From a virus: DNA of 62,854 nucleotides. The position numbers were made by a program, and so were the translations under genes. Shown here piece after piece: positions 35,501-44,291 of this stretch (the stretch's first letter is position 1; the number at the start of each line of letters is the position of its first letter). Location: the IMG/VR virus record IMGVR_UViG_3300000062_000002, positions 1 through 62,854 of that record. One strand, written 5' to 3'. The notes under the pieces were generated by a model. It was not told the origin of the DNA. It saw nothing but the letters and a program-made list of their open reading frames with translations, and made no database searches.

Positions 35501-36714
35501 GGTATAAGTCCTTTTAACTTTGTAAATAACTGTCCAATAAAGCCCGCGGCTTTTTTTGCACCGGCCGCAATAGTAGACATAGCTTTTGTTGCAGTGTTGC
35601 CAAACCCTGTCCATTTAGATGTTTCTTCGGCAGGAATTAAATCCATGAATTTACTGCGTGTCAAATTAGCTTGGTTTTCTGCTAAACGAAGTTTTTCATT
35701 AAGAAAGTCTATTTTTAATGCAGCTTTATCAAACGTTTCAGTAGGAATCCCAGTATTGTTGCGCATAGAATCAAGAGAAAAGCCTAATCGTTCTATTTCA
35801 GAAGTTAATTTTTGTACAGATAAATATTGACTGTCAAATGTCGCTAGTGTGGATTTTGCCTTATTAGACAGACCATCCATACTTCTAATAGATTCATCAA
35901 TGGGCGGTACCATTTCACTAACAATGTCGGCTAATGGTGTGAAACTATTAAAAAGACTGTCTGCCCCTTGTTTTGCATTATCTAATGTTGCTGAAAAAGA
36001 ATCTAAATCTTGTTTAGCTGCAAGCATAGGCTCACTATAGAAACTTGTTTTTATAGTCTCAGACATTTCCTTTGCTTTGCCGGTAAGAGCATCTACAGCA
36101 CCACCAGCTTGCTTCATTTGCGATTCAAACATAGAAAACTCTGTGTTTTCAAGTACGTCATAATTGTATTTAATTTCTTGCAGTTTAGCAGTGAATCCCG
36201 ATATTTCACCACTTTTATAAGTGGTTTTGAAATTAAGGGTTTCAAAATCTTTAACATTTTTTAATGCGTTTTCCAGTTCTTTGTATTTTGCGGTTGCTTC
36301 TGAAAGAGAATCGGCACTTACTTTTATTTGAAAGTTAGATGCACCTGAATCTCTGACATTATCAATTGCAGATTTTATATCATCAAGCCAATTGACGGTT
36401 TCTTTTGCGCCGTCTGTTTCGGTTCTTATTTTGGGTATATTTTTAAACGATTCCGAAACTTTTTGCGCTGCATCTCCCATTTTCATAAGAGGCTCTATTG
36501 CCTTTTCAAACTTACTCATATCTGGTACAGCACCTGAAAGAGACTCTTTCACTTTTCTTATTTGGTTAGCAGCTTTTGTAAGTCCCATAGAACCCTGTGT
36601 AATTTCTTTAAGTGCTGTTAGAGCTTTGGTAAGCTTGTCAATGCCAGAAGTGGCGGACGAGGCATCAGCAGTTATTTGTAGGTTGAGTTCTTCAATGGTA
36701 ATGGCCAATGCCAT
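32575..36714 (-). CDS. Tail tape-measure protein
   Basis: 1379 aa, helical/coiled with hydrophobic central segments. Six tandem 41-aa W/F-rich repeats near the C-terminus. Located after the chaperone genes. Confidence 0.9.
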   Translation of the reverse strand: MALAITIEELNLQITADASSATSGIDKLTKALTALKEITQGSMGLTKAANQIRKVKESLSGAVPDMSKFEKAIEPLMKMGDAAQKVSESFKNIPKIRTETDGAKETVNWLDDIKSAIDNVRDSGASNFQIKVSADSLSEATAKYKELENALKNVKDFETLNFKTTYKSGEISGFTAKLQEIKYNYDVLENTEFSMFESQMKQAGGAVDALTGKAKEMSETIKTSFYSEPMLAAKQDLDSFSATLDNAKQGADSLFNSFTPLADIVSEMVPPIDESIRSMDGLSNKAKSTLATFDSQYLSVQKLTSEIERLGFSLDSMRNNTGIPTETFDKAALKIDFLNEKLRLAENQANLTRSKFMDLIPAEETSKWTGFGNTATKAMSTIAAGAKKAAGFIGQLFTKLKGLIPQTQKATNVFEKFSFALKRIILYRFASGIITNALNSVKDGIQNLAKYSNDFNASMSQMSTASLYFKNSIAAMLMPAIQALIPLFVNLVNIIVKAANALNQFFSAIGGKSTFTRAKEVAVDYADSLGGATDAAKELKNAVAGFDELNVISPNESGGGANTPNFGDMFEEADIDPAILDFGKKLGDIWKPVKGAFFDMLDAIKGAWARAWANAGDYFMAGFLYANEQIAGLLIKIFNTIADVFNEVDGLGQKMFESLITLGGTLLFIVGDIAKAFSTAWDNAGLDLVNSFIVALTNIFDLLNLIGVSFRYAWNDGTGASIAENILNIFANINDIVGNFASSISDAWIEFGNGAAIWSSILGMADKVLETINKMTKATADWAKELDLAPAMAGFRNLLEAIQPVVDVILDGLAWAWENVLLPFGKWIAEMVVPAGFGLLTSAFELFNTVLEKIKPAATWIWESFLKPLSEWTGGIIVSVIDGVSAGLTSLSENMDTLLAIITPLTAAFVAYKATVAIAGIIQTLSTAFSGLSVAQGLATVAQYALNLAMSLNPIGLIVAGIAALIAIVVLLVKNWDTVKEHGVAAWEWIQSVWSTASEWFNSKVIQPIKDKFERDLNGIKGLFESTWTNIKGVWNAVSGWFNSNIIIPVKSAFDTALKAIYDFFNKAWSNIKTVWNVVKGWFDSTIINPVRSAFDTALKAIYDFFSKAWSNIKTVWNAVSGWYNSTVITPIRTAFDTALNAIKGFFDTAWTNIKGIWNAVSGWFTDKVINPVKTAFDPLLTAVEKIFKDAWAGAESAWKGAEAWFKKYVTDPIEKVFGGMKDAVKKIFDTLFGWIGDLLEKIGSIGSSASSASNSVTSSSSTSTSRGSVGTFAAGGFPTVGQLFIANEAGPELVGNIGGHTAVANSDQIVAGIANGVAQANMSQNQILATAVSLLQVIASKDMSVQIGDKDIAVAADRGRRQRGFEIYPDGDMFSLNY
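33001..33740 (-). repeat. Six tandem 123-bp (41-aa) repeats inside the tape-measure gene
   Basis: [41 protein letters not shown] and variants. Coordinates were back-calculated from the C-terminus. Confidence 0.8.
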
Positions 36715-36751
36715 ATCCTCCTTGTCATTAAAAATGATGAGCTATCAATGC

Positions 36752-36985
36752 CTATAATTTGAGTTCAGAAAACTTCATCCTTGCATCTCCAAGACATGTA
36801 ACCTCCACAGTCTGTGGAATGATTTCAATTGTTACCACAGGAATACAATTAATACCATGTGTAAGGCTAACCGCTCTTACGCCATGTATCTGTTCTCCGT
36901 TGATAAAAACCTTGTTATCTAAACTTGGCGATTGCTGTAGTTCCAATTTGATTTCACATTTACTATTTACATCCGTTATCTTCAC
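36752..36985 (-). CDS. Hypothetical protein between the chaperone and tape-measure genes
   Basis: 77-aa ORF whose start overlaps the upstream stop. Confidence 0.45.
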   Translation of the reverse strand: MKITDVNSKCEIKLELQQSPSLDNKVFINGEQIHGVRAVSLTHGINCIPVVTIEIIPQTVEVTCLGDARMKFSELKL

Positions 36986-37706
36986 TCACTCCTTTTTCGT
37001 GAATTTATTGAAGCAGCTAACATCTCAATGCTTCGTTGTTTTTCTTGATACTGACGAGATTCGCGCTGTTTTGAATGCTCCTTTGCCTGCTTTGCAGTAA
37101 TCGGATACGGCTTATCAAGATATGGATTAGGCTTAGTTCCTTTTTTCGCAAAAGCGTTAAGGACAGGCGAAACATCACACAATGCTTGATATATGTACAT
37201 TCCTTGTAGCCATAACTCTTGGTTTCGCTTATCGTTGCGCAATTTTTCGGCATTACGATAATGGACTGCGATAAGAGGGTCATCACGCCAAAACTGGTTA
37301 TAGGTCATGCCGATAGCCATGTGGTAAGCGCAATTCTCGTCAAGCCACTCTAAAAAAGTCTTGGGGGGTGGTGTGGCTAGAAGCTCGCCTCCCATGTTGC
37401 GTTTCCCTCGGTTGTTTCAGGCTCATCAATCAGAGAATTTACGGCATCGCCATACATTTCAGAAAGTTTGTCAATAAGAGCACGTTTGTTGACAAGCTTT
37501 TCGAGTATTTTGTTTGCAACTTCTCGTTTGAGATAAGGCTGTTTTTCAAGGAATGCACCATAGAACAATAGGGGCAAGGTAGTCATAGGCTTATCGCCCA
37601 AATTCTCAATTTTAAATGAAAACTGCTGTTCCAATTTTGCAACAGAGTTTCTTGTAAAGACCAATGTATAGTCGCGTCCATCGTCTGTAAGTATTATTTC
37701 TTTCAT
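36982..37706 (-). CDS. Tail assembly chaperone G-T fusion, made by a -1 programmed frameshift
   Basis: ORF 37377..37706 (G) and the -1 frame ORF ending at 36982 (T) overlap. The heptamer G GGA AAC lies in the G frame at 37407..37401, inside the window where the -1 frame is open. Confidence 0.65.
37377..37706 (-). CDS. Tail assembly chaperone (gpG-like)
   Basis: 109 aa with an acidic C-terminus, between the tail-tube and tape-measure genes. Confidence 0.65.
   Translation of the reverse strand: MKEIILTDDGRDYTLVFTRNSVAKLEQQFSFKIENLGDKPMTTLPLLFYGAFLEKQPYLKREVANKILEKLVNKRALIDKLSEMYGDAVNSLIDEPETTEGNATWEASF
37401..37407 (-). other. Slippery heptamer GGGAAAC (X XXY YYZ) for the G/GT frameshift
   Basis: Read directly, in phase as G GGA AAC, 7 codons before the G stop. 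Confidence 0.6.
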
Positions 37707-37723
37707 AAAGAGCCTCCTGTTTT

Positions 37724-38122
37724 TTATGCTGTGAAGTGTTCCATATCGCTAGATACAGAAACATTGATGACAAACTGTATTGCTTCGTCTACACCTTTGC
37801 CGGGTACACTCAAACGATACCTACCCTGCCATGTGAAACCTGAACCATCCTGAAAGGTAAGAGAGAAGTAAAGGTCTTTATCTTCCTCTGCTTGGCAAAG
37901 TGCGTAATCTTCCGATGTATAGTTTACGGTAAACGTAATATTGTCACCGCTAAGAGTGCCGGGTATCTGCGTCTGTCTCTGATTGCTAAGGTTAGTAGTA
38001 TCAATCATGTTTGGGTCGCCCGAAAGGTCGCCAAAGTCAACAATGTCAATAACCTTTGTAACACCTACAGCAGTAGTTCCCCACTTCAAAATGGTGTTAT
38101 AACTGGATATAGGAAGTGCCAT
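37724..38122 (-). CDS. Major tail (tube) protein
   Basis: 132 aa, beta-rich, immediately upstream of the chaperone pair. Confidence 0.7.
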   Translation of the reverse strand: MALPISSYNTILKWGTTAVGVTKVIDIVDFGDLSGDPNMIDTTNLSNQRQTQIPGTLSGDNITFTVNYTSEDYALCQAEEDKDLYFSLTFQDGSGFTWQGRYRLSVPGKGVDEAIQFVINVSVSSDMEHFTA

Positions 38123-38137
38123 AATTTTGTTTCCTCC

Positions 38138-38539
38138 TTAATTTCTGTAAATTCGATTATCTTTTGAAACAACCGCTGTATAGCGAGCTGTCATTCTGTG
38201 TATTTTTGTATCTGCATTATCAATGGGTTCTAAGAAAACTCTTACAAAGTTGTAACCAATCATAATGTCATCTACCAGTTTGGCTATTGCCTTGCATTGT
38301 GATTTTTTGCCTGTAGCAAGGTTAGAGTAATAATCATTTTGATAAAGCACAGATGCGTGGTTTTCAACGTGTGAACCATCAAGAGTGCGCAGATAAGATG
38401 TGTTTGACCTTTCCACGATAGACACACACGGGAATTGTGGGGGAGCGTTTACAACTTCACCAGTCACAAATATGTCGGGAAATTCAGCACGAAGCGCAGT
38501 GGCAATTTCTGTGTATAGAATTGATTCAATGTCTATCAA
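38138..38539 (-). CDS. Tail terminator / tail-completion protein (DUF3168-like)
   Basis: Assigned from position and the N-terminal pattern IESILYTEIATALRAEFPDIFVTGEV. Confidence 0.45.
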   Translation of the reverse strand: MIDIESILYTEIATALRAEFPDIFVTGEVVNAPPQFPCVSIVERSNTSYLRTLDGSHVENHASVLYQNDYYSNLATGKKSQCKAIAKLVDDIMIGYNFVRVFLEPIDNADTKIHRMTARYTAVVSKDNRIYRN

Positions 38540-39057
38540 GAAAACACTTCCTTTGCTATTTGCGAAATCTTTTGGCTTACTGCTAACATGGCATTAAACA
38601 TAGGCATTTGCGTTCTAGTACCATGCGTAAGCTTTAATTCGCCATTGTCGTAATATCCCCAGACATTTCTTTGGCCGTAGCCTTTGCCATAGTCGCCTAT
38701 AGTCATACCCAACTCTGCACCTTTCGGGTGCGGAGAAACCCCGGCAGGGGCATTGAAATATACACCGCTGCCAAATTCACACCAGATAGCATCTTCACCA
38801 CTGGCAATCACAAGGGTTATATTTCCTTTTTCTCGCAAAGAGACAGTTGCCTCGGGAATCCTCCCACCGCTGTTTAATAAATCTTCCATAACAGCAGAGT
38901 TGAATCCGTTTTGCGCTTCTGACATCAATTCTTCGGCAACTCGCTCACGCAATTCTAGTGCCTTTGAAATAATCCGCTTTTTATAAGCCTTAATTTCTTT
39001 TATTGCACGATTGAGTTCTTTGGGGTCGAGCGTGGTTTTTATGATTTTTTTGTTCAT
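38536..39057 (-). CDS. HK97-gp10-like neck protein
   Basis: Assigned from position and size in the neck module. Overlapping start and stop. Confidence 0.45.
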   Translation of the reverse strand: MNKKIIKTTLDPKELNRAIKEIKAYKKRIISKALELRERVAEELMSEAQNGFNSAVMEDLLNSGGRIPEATVSLREKGNITLVIASGEDAIWCEFGSGVYFNAPAGVSPHPKGAELGMTIGDYGKGYGQRNVWGYYDNGELKLTHGTRTQMPMFNAMLAVSQKISQIAKEVFS

Positions 39058-39416
39058 ATGCTTACATTTACCTTTTTTATGGCAATCACAAGTTCGTTAA
39101 GGCTTTTTGCGATACGAACAACAACGTAATCATGGGGTTTGTCGGTATCAAGGTTGTCAATCCACAAAACGCTGCTTTCGTCAATAGGAACATCGGTACA
39201 CTTGGGGATTATTACCTTGTCATAGTCGATAGCATTGCCAAACACGGCACTTTCCGATTCGCCTTTTGCCGGTGAAATATTTGCTTTGCAATCGACAGGC
39301 TCGCTGTAAATGGTGTCGAACTCGCCGGACTGGTTGCCATAGTCATCTGCTATTGGTTTTTTTTTGACAAATAGGGCATAGTATAGATTTTGTTGATTTC
39401 GCTTTTGCCGTCTCAT
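39054..39416 (-). CDS. Head-closure / head-tail adaptor protein
   Basis: Assigned by position. ATG 39416 lies 1 nt after the upstream stop (the ORF track starts at 39440). Confidence 0.4.
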   Translation of the reverse strand: MRRQKRNQQNLYYALFVKKKPIADDYGNQSGEFDTIYSEPVDCKANISPAKGESESAVFGNAIDYDKVIIPKCTDVPIDESSVLWIDNLDTDKPHDYVVVRIAKSLNELVIAIKKVNVSI

Positions 39417-39417
39417 G

Positions 39418-39753
39418 TTAAGCACCCGCAATTCTAACATTAGGAACTACTTGGCGTATCAGAAAATTAGACAAGCCATCAGCAGAATAAGAACGGTTAA
39501 TGCCGTTTTCTGTGTGTCCGCTTTGACCTTCTATCCCGATTTTGTTGTACAATTCTACCGCTGCCGATATAATCCAACCATTCCAGCGAGAATCTATAAT
39601 CGGCTTTTCTTCATCATCAACAGGGCAGGAAGATACAGGGTATTTGAGAGACAGGAATATTTCAGTTGCGCTTATCAACAATTCGTCCAATAATGCGTTT
39701 TCGTCATCTTCGGTTATTTCTAAACGTACTTTGAGCCTGTCAAGCAAATCCAT
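39418..39753 (-). CDS. gp6-like head-tail connector protein
   Basis: MDLLDRLKVRLEITEDDENALLDELLISATEIFLSL is typical of this family. AGGAGG RBS before ATG 39753. Confidence 0.65.
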   Translation of the reverse strand: MDLLDRLKVRLEITEDDENALLDELLISATEIFLSLKYPVSSCPVDDEEKPIIDSRWNGWIISAAVELYNKIGIEGQSGHTENGINRSYSADGLSNFLIRQVVPNVRIAGA

Positions 39754-39781
39754 CCTGTATGCTCCTCCTTGATTGATTGTT

Positions 39782-40039
39782 TTACTGTTGGGCTGCGTGG
39801 CTACGGTCAAAATCTTCTATCAGAGATTCAAGCTTTTCAGCTCCGCTGTTCCAGTGATAGGTTATACCACGCTTGTCAGCTTCTGCTTTGAGAAAATCGA
39901 TTCTCGTCATGGTTTCAGGGTGCTGTTGAAAAGGGTTGTCCTCATGCTTTTCAATAGTCCATCCACTTTTTTCATAGGCTGCAACCTGAACTTCGTTGCT
40001 AAGTATGGCTGTTTTGCCGTTCTTAATTGCTTTATACAT
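39782..40039 (-). CDS. Hypothetical protein (head module)
   Basis: 85-aa ORF between the capsid and connector genes. Confidence 0.45.
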   Translation of the reverse strand: MYKAIKNGKTAILSNEVQVAAYEKSGWTIEKHEDNPFQQHPETMTRIDFLKAEADKRGITYHWNSGAEKLESLIEDFDRSHAAQQ

Positions 40040-40050
40040 CTATATTCTCC

Positions 40051-40869
40051 TTATGCACTTGTAGAAACGTAGATAGCGTTTTTCTTGTTATCAAGCACAA
40101 ATGCATCGTAATATATACGACCTTCTACCAAGTTGCCACTGATTCCCGGAGGGTTTTCGTGAATCATAAGTTCAGCAAGTTTTACAGGTGAAGTAGCTGC
40201 AATTGGATGCACAAGCAAGAACTGTGTGTTTGCAGGCAAATAACTGGAAGGAACAGGGATAAGGGGAACACCATCCACCGTACCCATAACACCAGTCGTG
40301 AGCATTTCCTGCGACAAATCGCCCTGCTTGATGAAAGATGGGTCAAGTTTCAGGAAATTGTAAAATGCGTAGGTCATATATGCAATACGACCGCCTACAG
40401 GAACTTTGTTGTTTCCCATAAACTCTTGCGCACCAAGAAACAGTTTGTATGCGTTTGTCGCATCGGCTACAGTTGTATTGCTACCGCCAGCATTGGCAGC
40501 AAACTGTGCCAAACGGTATGTATCAAGTTCGGGTATACTTACCTCATCCAACTGACGACGCAACGCACGAGCCGCACCTTTTACGTTCATCTGGTCTTCA
40601 TCATTACCACGGTCAATTGTAAATGTGAAAGAGCGGTCTTGCGTAAGAGTTAGCTCCTGCGTTGTGTCCTGCAATTCGGTAGGGGTGCCATACCTGTTTG
40701 CACCCGAACGAACGTAATTGTTCATAGGTGCGGTTTCAATCGAATATACTTGTACGGTTTTCACACCAACAAAGTCGTAATCTCTGTTGAATGCAATATT
40801 TGTAACTGTACCAATAAAGAATCTCTCATCTACTATCGGTGAGTATTTGGAAGCAAAATTTATAGCCAT
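40051..40869 (-). CDS. Major capsid protein
   Basis: 272 aa, located after the scaffold gene. The sequence pattern (FASKYSPIVDERF..TLTQDRSFTFTIDRGNDEDQ) resembles Firmicute phage coat proteins. Confidence 0.8.
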   Translation of the reverse strand: MAINFASKYSPIVDERFFIGTVTNIAFNRDYDFVGVKTVQVYSIETAPMNNYVRSGANRYGTPTELQDTTQELTLTQDRSFTFTIDRGNDEDQMNVKGAARALRRQLDEVSIPELDTYRLAQFAANAGGSNTTVADATNAYKLFLGAQEFMGNNKVPVGGRIAYMTYAFYNFLKLDPSFIKQGDLSQEMLTTGVMGTVDGVPLIPVPSSYLPANTQFLLVHPIAATSPVKLAELMIHENPPGISGNLVEGRIYYDAFVLDNKKNAIYVSTSA

Positions 40870-40875
40870 AATTTA

Positions 40876-41481
40876 TTATCCTTTCTTAAATGCCTCGACA
40901 AACGGGTCGACAGAATCCTTTCCTGCTCCCGCTGGTGGAGGTGGGGTTTCTTTCAATATTTTTTCACGTTCAGACTTTATGCTTGCCTGTGTTTTGCGAC
41001 TAAGAATATCCACAAATTCTTGTGCTGTAGCCGTTGTTTTGTCGCTATCCTCTGTTGCTATCATTTCAAGAACAGCGGAATAATCATCTTTTGCAATTCC
41101 AGCGCCAACAAATATTTTTTCTGCTTCTATAGAAGACATCATACGTTTGTAATTACGTGAATTTTCTTCCATTTCTCGGCGCTGTTCTTCTAGAGCTTCG
41201 GCATCAGTCATTTTTGCACGTTCAAGATTTTTCTTTTCTCGATTTGCTGTTGCAACGGCATTCTGTGCATCTTTCAGTTGTTTCTGCACAGCTTTGAGTT
41301 GAGTTTCAAGCTGATTGGCTCGTTCTTCATGCTCGTTTGGGGTGGTTGTGCCACCATCTGGCTCTGTTGATGTGGTATTGGCATCATCACCATCAGTATC
41401 TGGCATTGTAGTTCCACCATCGCCGCCGTCCTCTGCAAAATACTGCATAGACAAATTCAAAATAGTTTCGTTGTCTTTCAT
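40876..41481 (-). CDS. Scaffolding protein
   Basis: 201 aa with an acidic, Gly/Thr-rich N-terminus, then a long coiled coil. Located between the portal and capsid genes. Confidence 0.7.
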   Translation of the reverse strand: MKDNETILNLSMQYFAEDGGDGGTTMPDTDGDDANTTSTEPDGGTTTPNEHEERANQLETQLKAVQKQLKDAQNAVATANREKKNLERAKMTDAEALEEQRREMEENSRNYKRMMSSIEAEKIFVGAGIAKDDYSAVLEMIATEDSDKTTATAQEFVDILSRKTQASIKSEREKILKETPPPPAGAGKDSVDPFVEAFKKG

Positions 41482-41570
41482 GTAAAATTCCTCCTAAAAA
41501 TCGAGTTTTAGCCGGTCTCGTAAACCGTAAGACAAGTTTTTAACGGACTTGTAAAACCGTAAATCGTAAA

Positions 41571-43061
41571 TTATTCAACAACCTCAATCACTTCATTTGG
41601 AACAAGAGGTTGATTTTCGTTACCTATTTTTCTTGCGAGTTTCAGTTTGCTTTCAATCCACTGCGCACTTTCGTCCTGCCATTTTTTGCTTTTATTCCAA
41701 ACGGCAACACTGTCATTAAATAGCTCGCTGATTTCGTAAGCATCTTCTGGATTAACACCAGCATCTAACAACATTTTTAACGACTGCGCTTTGACTTGCA
41801 GATTGTCGCTGTGATTTCTTGTAAATGTGATTCCAATATCACGCAAACTCATTTCGCCAGTATCTATGTCTTGCGTATCACGACATATTTTTAGCACGAG
41901 TTTCAAATATTCAAACTCTGATTGTCTAAACATTTTTTCTGTGGACATAGCACGGCTCTCGGCAGCTCCCCAACCGTTGCGAAGTGTAACAGCCTGTCCA
42001 GTATCACCACCGCCCTGATTGCGATTTTGACGGTCAGGAACTCCACAAATCTCATATATTGAGCGGAGCAAGTCATCTTTTGTAATCTGTACTTGGTCTT
42101 GGTCTAACTGTGCAACTATGAACTTGACATCTGCATTGCCAGCCTGATTAGCTACCATAATCGCATCACCGGCTTTTGGCACTGTATAATTACCATCCTT
42201 GTCTTGTTCAAGGCTGCAATTGATAAACACGAGATATGACTGCACAAATTGTTCCAGTGCATCTATGCGATTGCTACCAGTGGTATTGATAGCATTGAAT
42301 AGCCAATAGCATAATTCGACATAACCTATGCGGTTTTCATTTAGGACATACTCTACAATCGGGATTCTTCCCAAACCGTTAATTCTTTCTGTAGGCAAAA
42401 AACCTGTGAAATCGGCAGCAGGAGAATCAACAGTCCATTCGTAATAGTTGCTGTCTGTATACAAACCGCATTTGTATCTGTCTTTTTTGGTTACAGGGTC
42501 TTTTTTTTGCTTAACAAAAACACCTGCAAAAAGAGGGGGATGACCGATTTCGTTTGAATACACTACAAATGTTTCGCTAGGGTCTAATACAGCAGTGAAA
42601 TAGGGTGCATCATCGATAGTTCTGTTTGTTTTAGGCATACAAAGCCGATATGCATTGCCTGATTTATAAAGCCATTCTGCAAGATTAAGGTCTTTTGCTT
42701 CTTTTCCATCTAGCCTTGCAAAAGTGTTTAGCATGTCGATAGGTACAGTGTCATCCTGTCCTGCATTTGTGTAGATAATTGGATGAGAAAACTCATAACC
42801 TTTTTTAAATTCAATAATTTCCGCCGCACGATTTTCAAGCACTGTATTTTTGATTTCTGGTCTAATTTTCTTTTTTCTGGTTAATACAGGTTGATTTCCC
42901 AAAACGAACTCATGTAGTTTTTGAATTTCTTCTGAATTTTTTCTGTGTTTTGGAATAACATCATTTAAAATTGCACCAATGCTATTAGCATCAAGCGTGT
43001 CAGGCGGTTCAGCGTAAAGAACACATCTGCCATAGAATCTGTCATCATCAAAACTTTGCAA
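41571..43061 (-). CDS. Portal protein (SPP1 gp6-like)
   Basis: 496 aa. Assigned from position and sequence pattern (ILNDVIPKHRKNSEEIQKLHEFVLGNQPVL..). Confidence 0.8.
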   Translation of the reverse strand: MQSFDDDRFYGRCVLYAEPPDTLDANSIGAILNDVIPKHRKNSEEIQKLHEFVLGNQPVLTRKKKIRPEIKNTVLENRAAEIIEFKKGYEFSHPIIYTNAGQDDTVPIDMLNTFARLDGKEAKDLNLAEWLYKSGNAYRLCMPKTNRTIDDAPYFTAVLDPSETFVVYSNEIGHPPLFAGVFVKQKKDPVTKKDRYKCGLYTDSNYYEWTVDSPAADFTGFLPTERINGLGRIPIVEYVLNENRIGYVELCYWLFNAINTTGSNRIDALEQFVQSYLVFINCSLEQDKDGNYTVPKAGDAIMVANQAGNADVKFIVAQLDQDQVQITKDDLLRSIYEICGVPDRQNRNQGGGDTGQAVTLRNGWGAAESRAMSTEKMFRQSEFEYLKLVLKICRDTQDIDTGEMSLRDIGITFTRNHSDNLQVKAQSLKMLLDAGVNPEDAYEISELFNDSVAVWNKSKKWQDESAQWIESKLKLARKIGNENQPLVPNEVIEVVE

Positions 43062-43130
43062 ACAGACACATCCTTTCTAAAAAATAAAAAAGAGCCAAGC
43101 TGTGATTTCTCACTAACTCGGCTCAATGGC

Positions 43131-43283
43131 TCAAAATTTTACTATTATGACTTTTCGGCATTTGCTACCATCGTAATTTTTGCCACTACATTTTATTTCG
43201 ACACCATTACAATGTGCGTTTTTGTCTACCTTGAATAATCGTTTTCCACAATTGGGGCAGCAGTACCATCCATCAATTATCAT
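43131..43283 (-). CDS. Small Cys-rich zinc-ribbon protein (Cys-rich KTR-like, 50 aa)
   Basis: WYCCPNCGKRLFKV..HCNGVEIKCSGKNYDGSKCRKV. The ORF-track N-terminal extension runs into a non-coding-looking region. Confidence 0.45.
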   Translation of the reverse strand: MIIDGWYCCPNCGKRLFKVDKNAHCNGVEIKCSGKNYDGSKCRKVIIVKF

Positions 43284-43590
43284 GTTTGAATTCCTGCCTT
43301 TATATTTAACCGCACAGAGCGGATGATGTACTCCCGCCAGCCGTTTGAGCCAGCGGGGGATAGAGTGAAAGGAGTGACAAGGAGTATGCCTAGAAGAGAA
43401 TGGCAGCATGTTCGAGGGACGACCTCGACTATTTGTTCAGAGTTTCCAAACGGTTCAATAACACATGCTTTAAAAATCCCGGAGTGTGGCACTTGGAACG
43501 GCAAAATTCTATTCAGAGGTGTTCCGGGTCATATGCAATGATTATTCTAATTCTGTTGCCAATAATCACTACCCCAACTAGGTATATGTT
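43284..43590 (-). ncRNA. Candidate structured RNA / leader: ORF-poor, more GC-rich than its surroundings, with several nested stems
   Basis: - strand stems include TGATTATT/AATAATCA, CCCGGA..TCCGGG enclosing GGAAC..GTTCC, CGAGG..CCTCG and CCCGCTGGC..GCTGGCGGG. Only overlapping junk-like ORFs occur on both strands. Confidence 0.3.
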
Positions 43591-43758
43591 TTACAAGGAA
43601 CATTCTTTTATTGCTTCCTTTGCACTTTCAAAAGCAGAATTTAAGTCATCCATCGCATCTGCTTTAGCATAACTGTCGGGAACATGATTCTCAAAGACTT
43701 CTTGAACATCTTCGTATAATTGCCGAAGCATTAACAGGGTATCTTTTGTCGAAGTCAT
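43591..43758 (-). CDS. Hypothetical 55-aa helical protein
   Basis: GAGGAG RBS 7 nt before ATG 43758. Below the ORF-track cutoff. Directly downstream of a consensus promoter. Confidence 0.55.
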   Translation of the reverse strand: MTSTKDTLLMLRQLYEDVQEVFENHVPDSYAKADAMDDLNSAFESAKEAIKECSL

Positions 43759-43802
43759 TGAATCGCTCCTCGAATTTATATGACATCTGCCATATTGTGT
43801 GT

Positions 43803-43831
43803 ATTATAACACGAAAAGTTAAAACTGTCAA
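43803..43831 (-). promoter_or_regulatory. Perfect consensus sigma-A promoter TTGACA-17-TATAAT inside the packaging/head operon
   Basis: rc of 43826..43831 is TTGACA and rc of 43803..43808 is TATAAT. The spacer is exactly 17 nt. Confidence 0.7.
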
Positions 43832-43869
43832 TATATAGTGCAAAAACATTAAAACATACATAATAAATA

Positions 43870-44052
43870 CTAGATATTGTGCTTTAACTCCATTTTGCAT
43901 GTGATTTTTGTGTAATCGGGTGCGAGGAAGAAATTATGAAAAAATGGATAGAAATATTCATTCTCGGATTCTTCTATCGTTTCAGTAACCCTTGTTTTTA
44001 GTGTTCCGTCTTTTTCAAATTCTTCTGTGATTGTTGTTTTTTTTCTTGTCAT
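43870..44052 (-). CDS. Hypothetical 60-aa protein
   Basis: Internal ATG of ORF 43870..44187. Weak RBS. Confidence 0.3.
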   Translation of the reverse strand: MTRKKTTITEEFEKDGTLKTRVTETIEESENEYFYPFFHNFFLAPDYTKITCKMELKHNI

Positions 44053-44287
44053 ATAAAGATTGCATCCTTTCTGCAATAAGCTTTGCCACTCTACGGTGAA
44101 TTTCGTCACTATGCGTACCGTTAGGATAAGTGCCGACAAAGCTGGTACACATATAAGTGTTGTGTACTGATTTAAGATGCGCAGCACATTCGTGGCATTG
44201 AAGCCTGTTGTTGCAAGGCTTTTCGCACCACTGGCACAAACAAGTTTTATTTCCGAATTGGCATTTAATATCTGACATGTCTTGCAT
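44015..44287 (-). CDS. Hypothetical Cys-rich protein (90 aa)
   Basis: CQFGNKTCLCQWCEKPCNNRLQCHECAAH. The ATG lies 4 nt after the TerL stop. Confidence 0.45.
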   Translation of the reverse strand: MQDMSDIKCQFGNKTCLCQWCEKPCNNRLQCHECAAHLKSVHNTYMCTSFVGTYPNGTHSDEIHRRVAKLIAERMQSLYDKKKNNNHRRI

Positions 44288-44291
44288 CTCT

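Noticed and set aside
32798-36757. Many long + strand ORFs (for example 32798..33745, 34025..34582, 36392..36757) inside the tape-measure gene
   Set aside because: All are antisense to one uninterrupted 1379-codon ORF with clear tape-measure character. They have low-complexity composition and no RBSs.
43290-43420. c-di-GMP-I (GEMM-I)-type riboswitch on the + strand, suggested by GCACAGAGC and nearby GC-rich stems
   Set aside because: The conserved GGCAAACC and GACGCAAAGCC elements and the tetraloop/receptor arrangement are absent. The resemblance is limited to a few bases.
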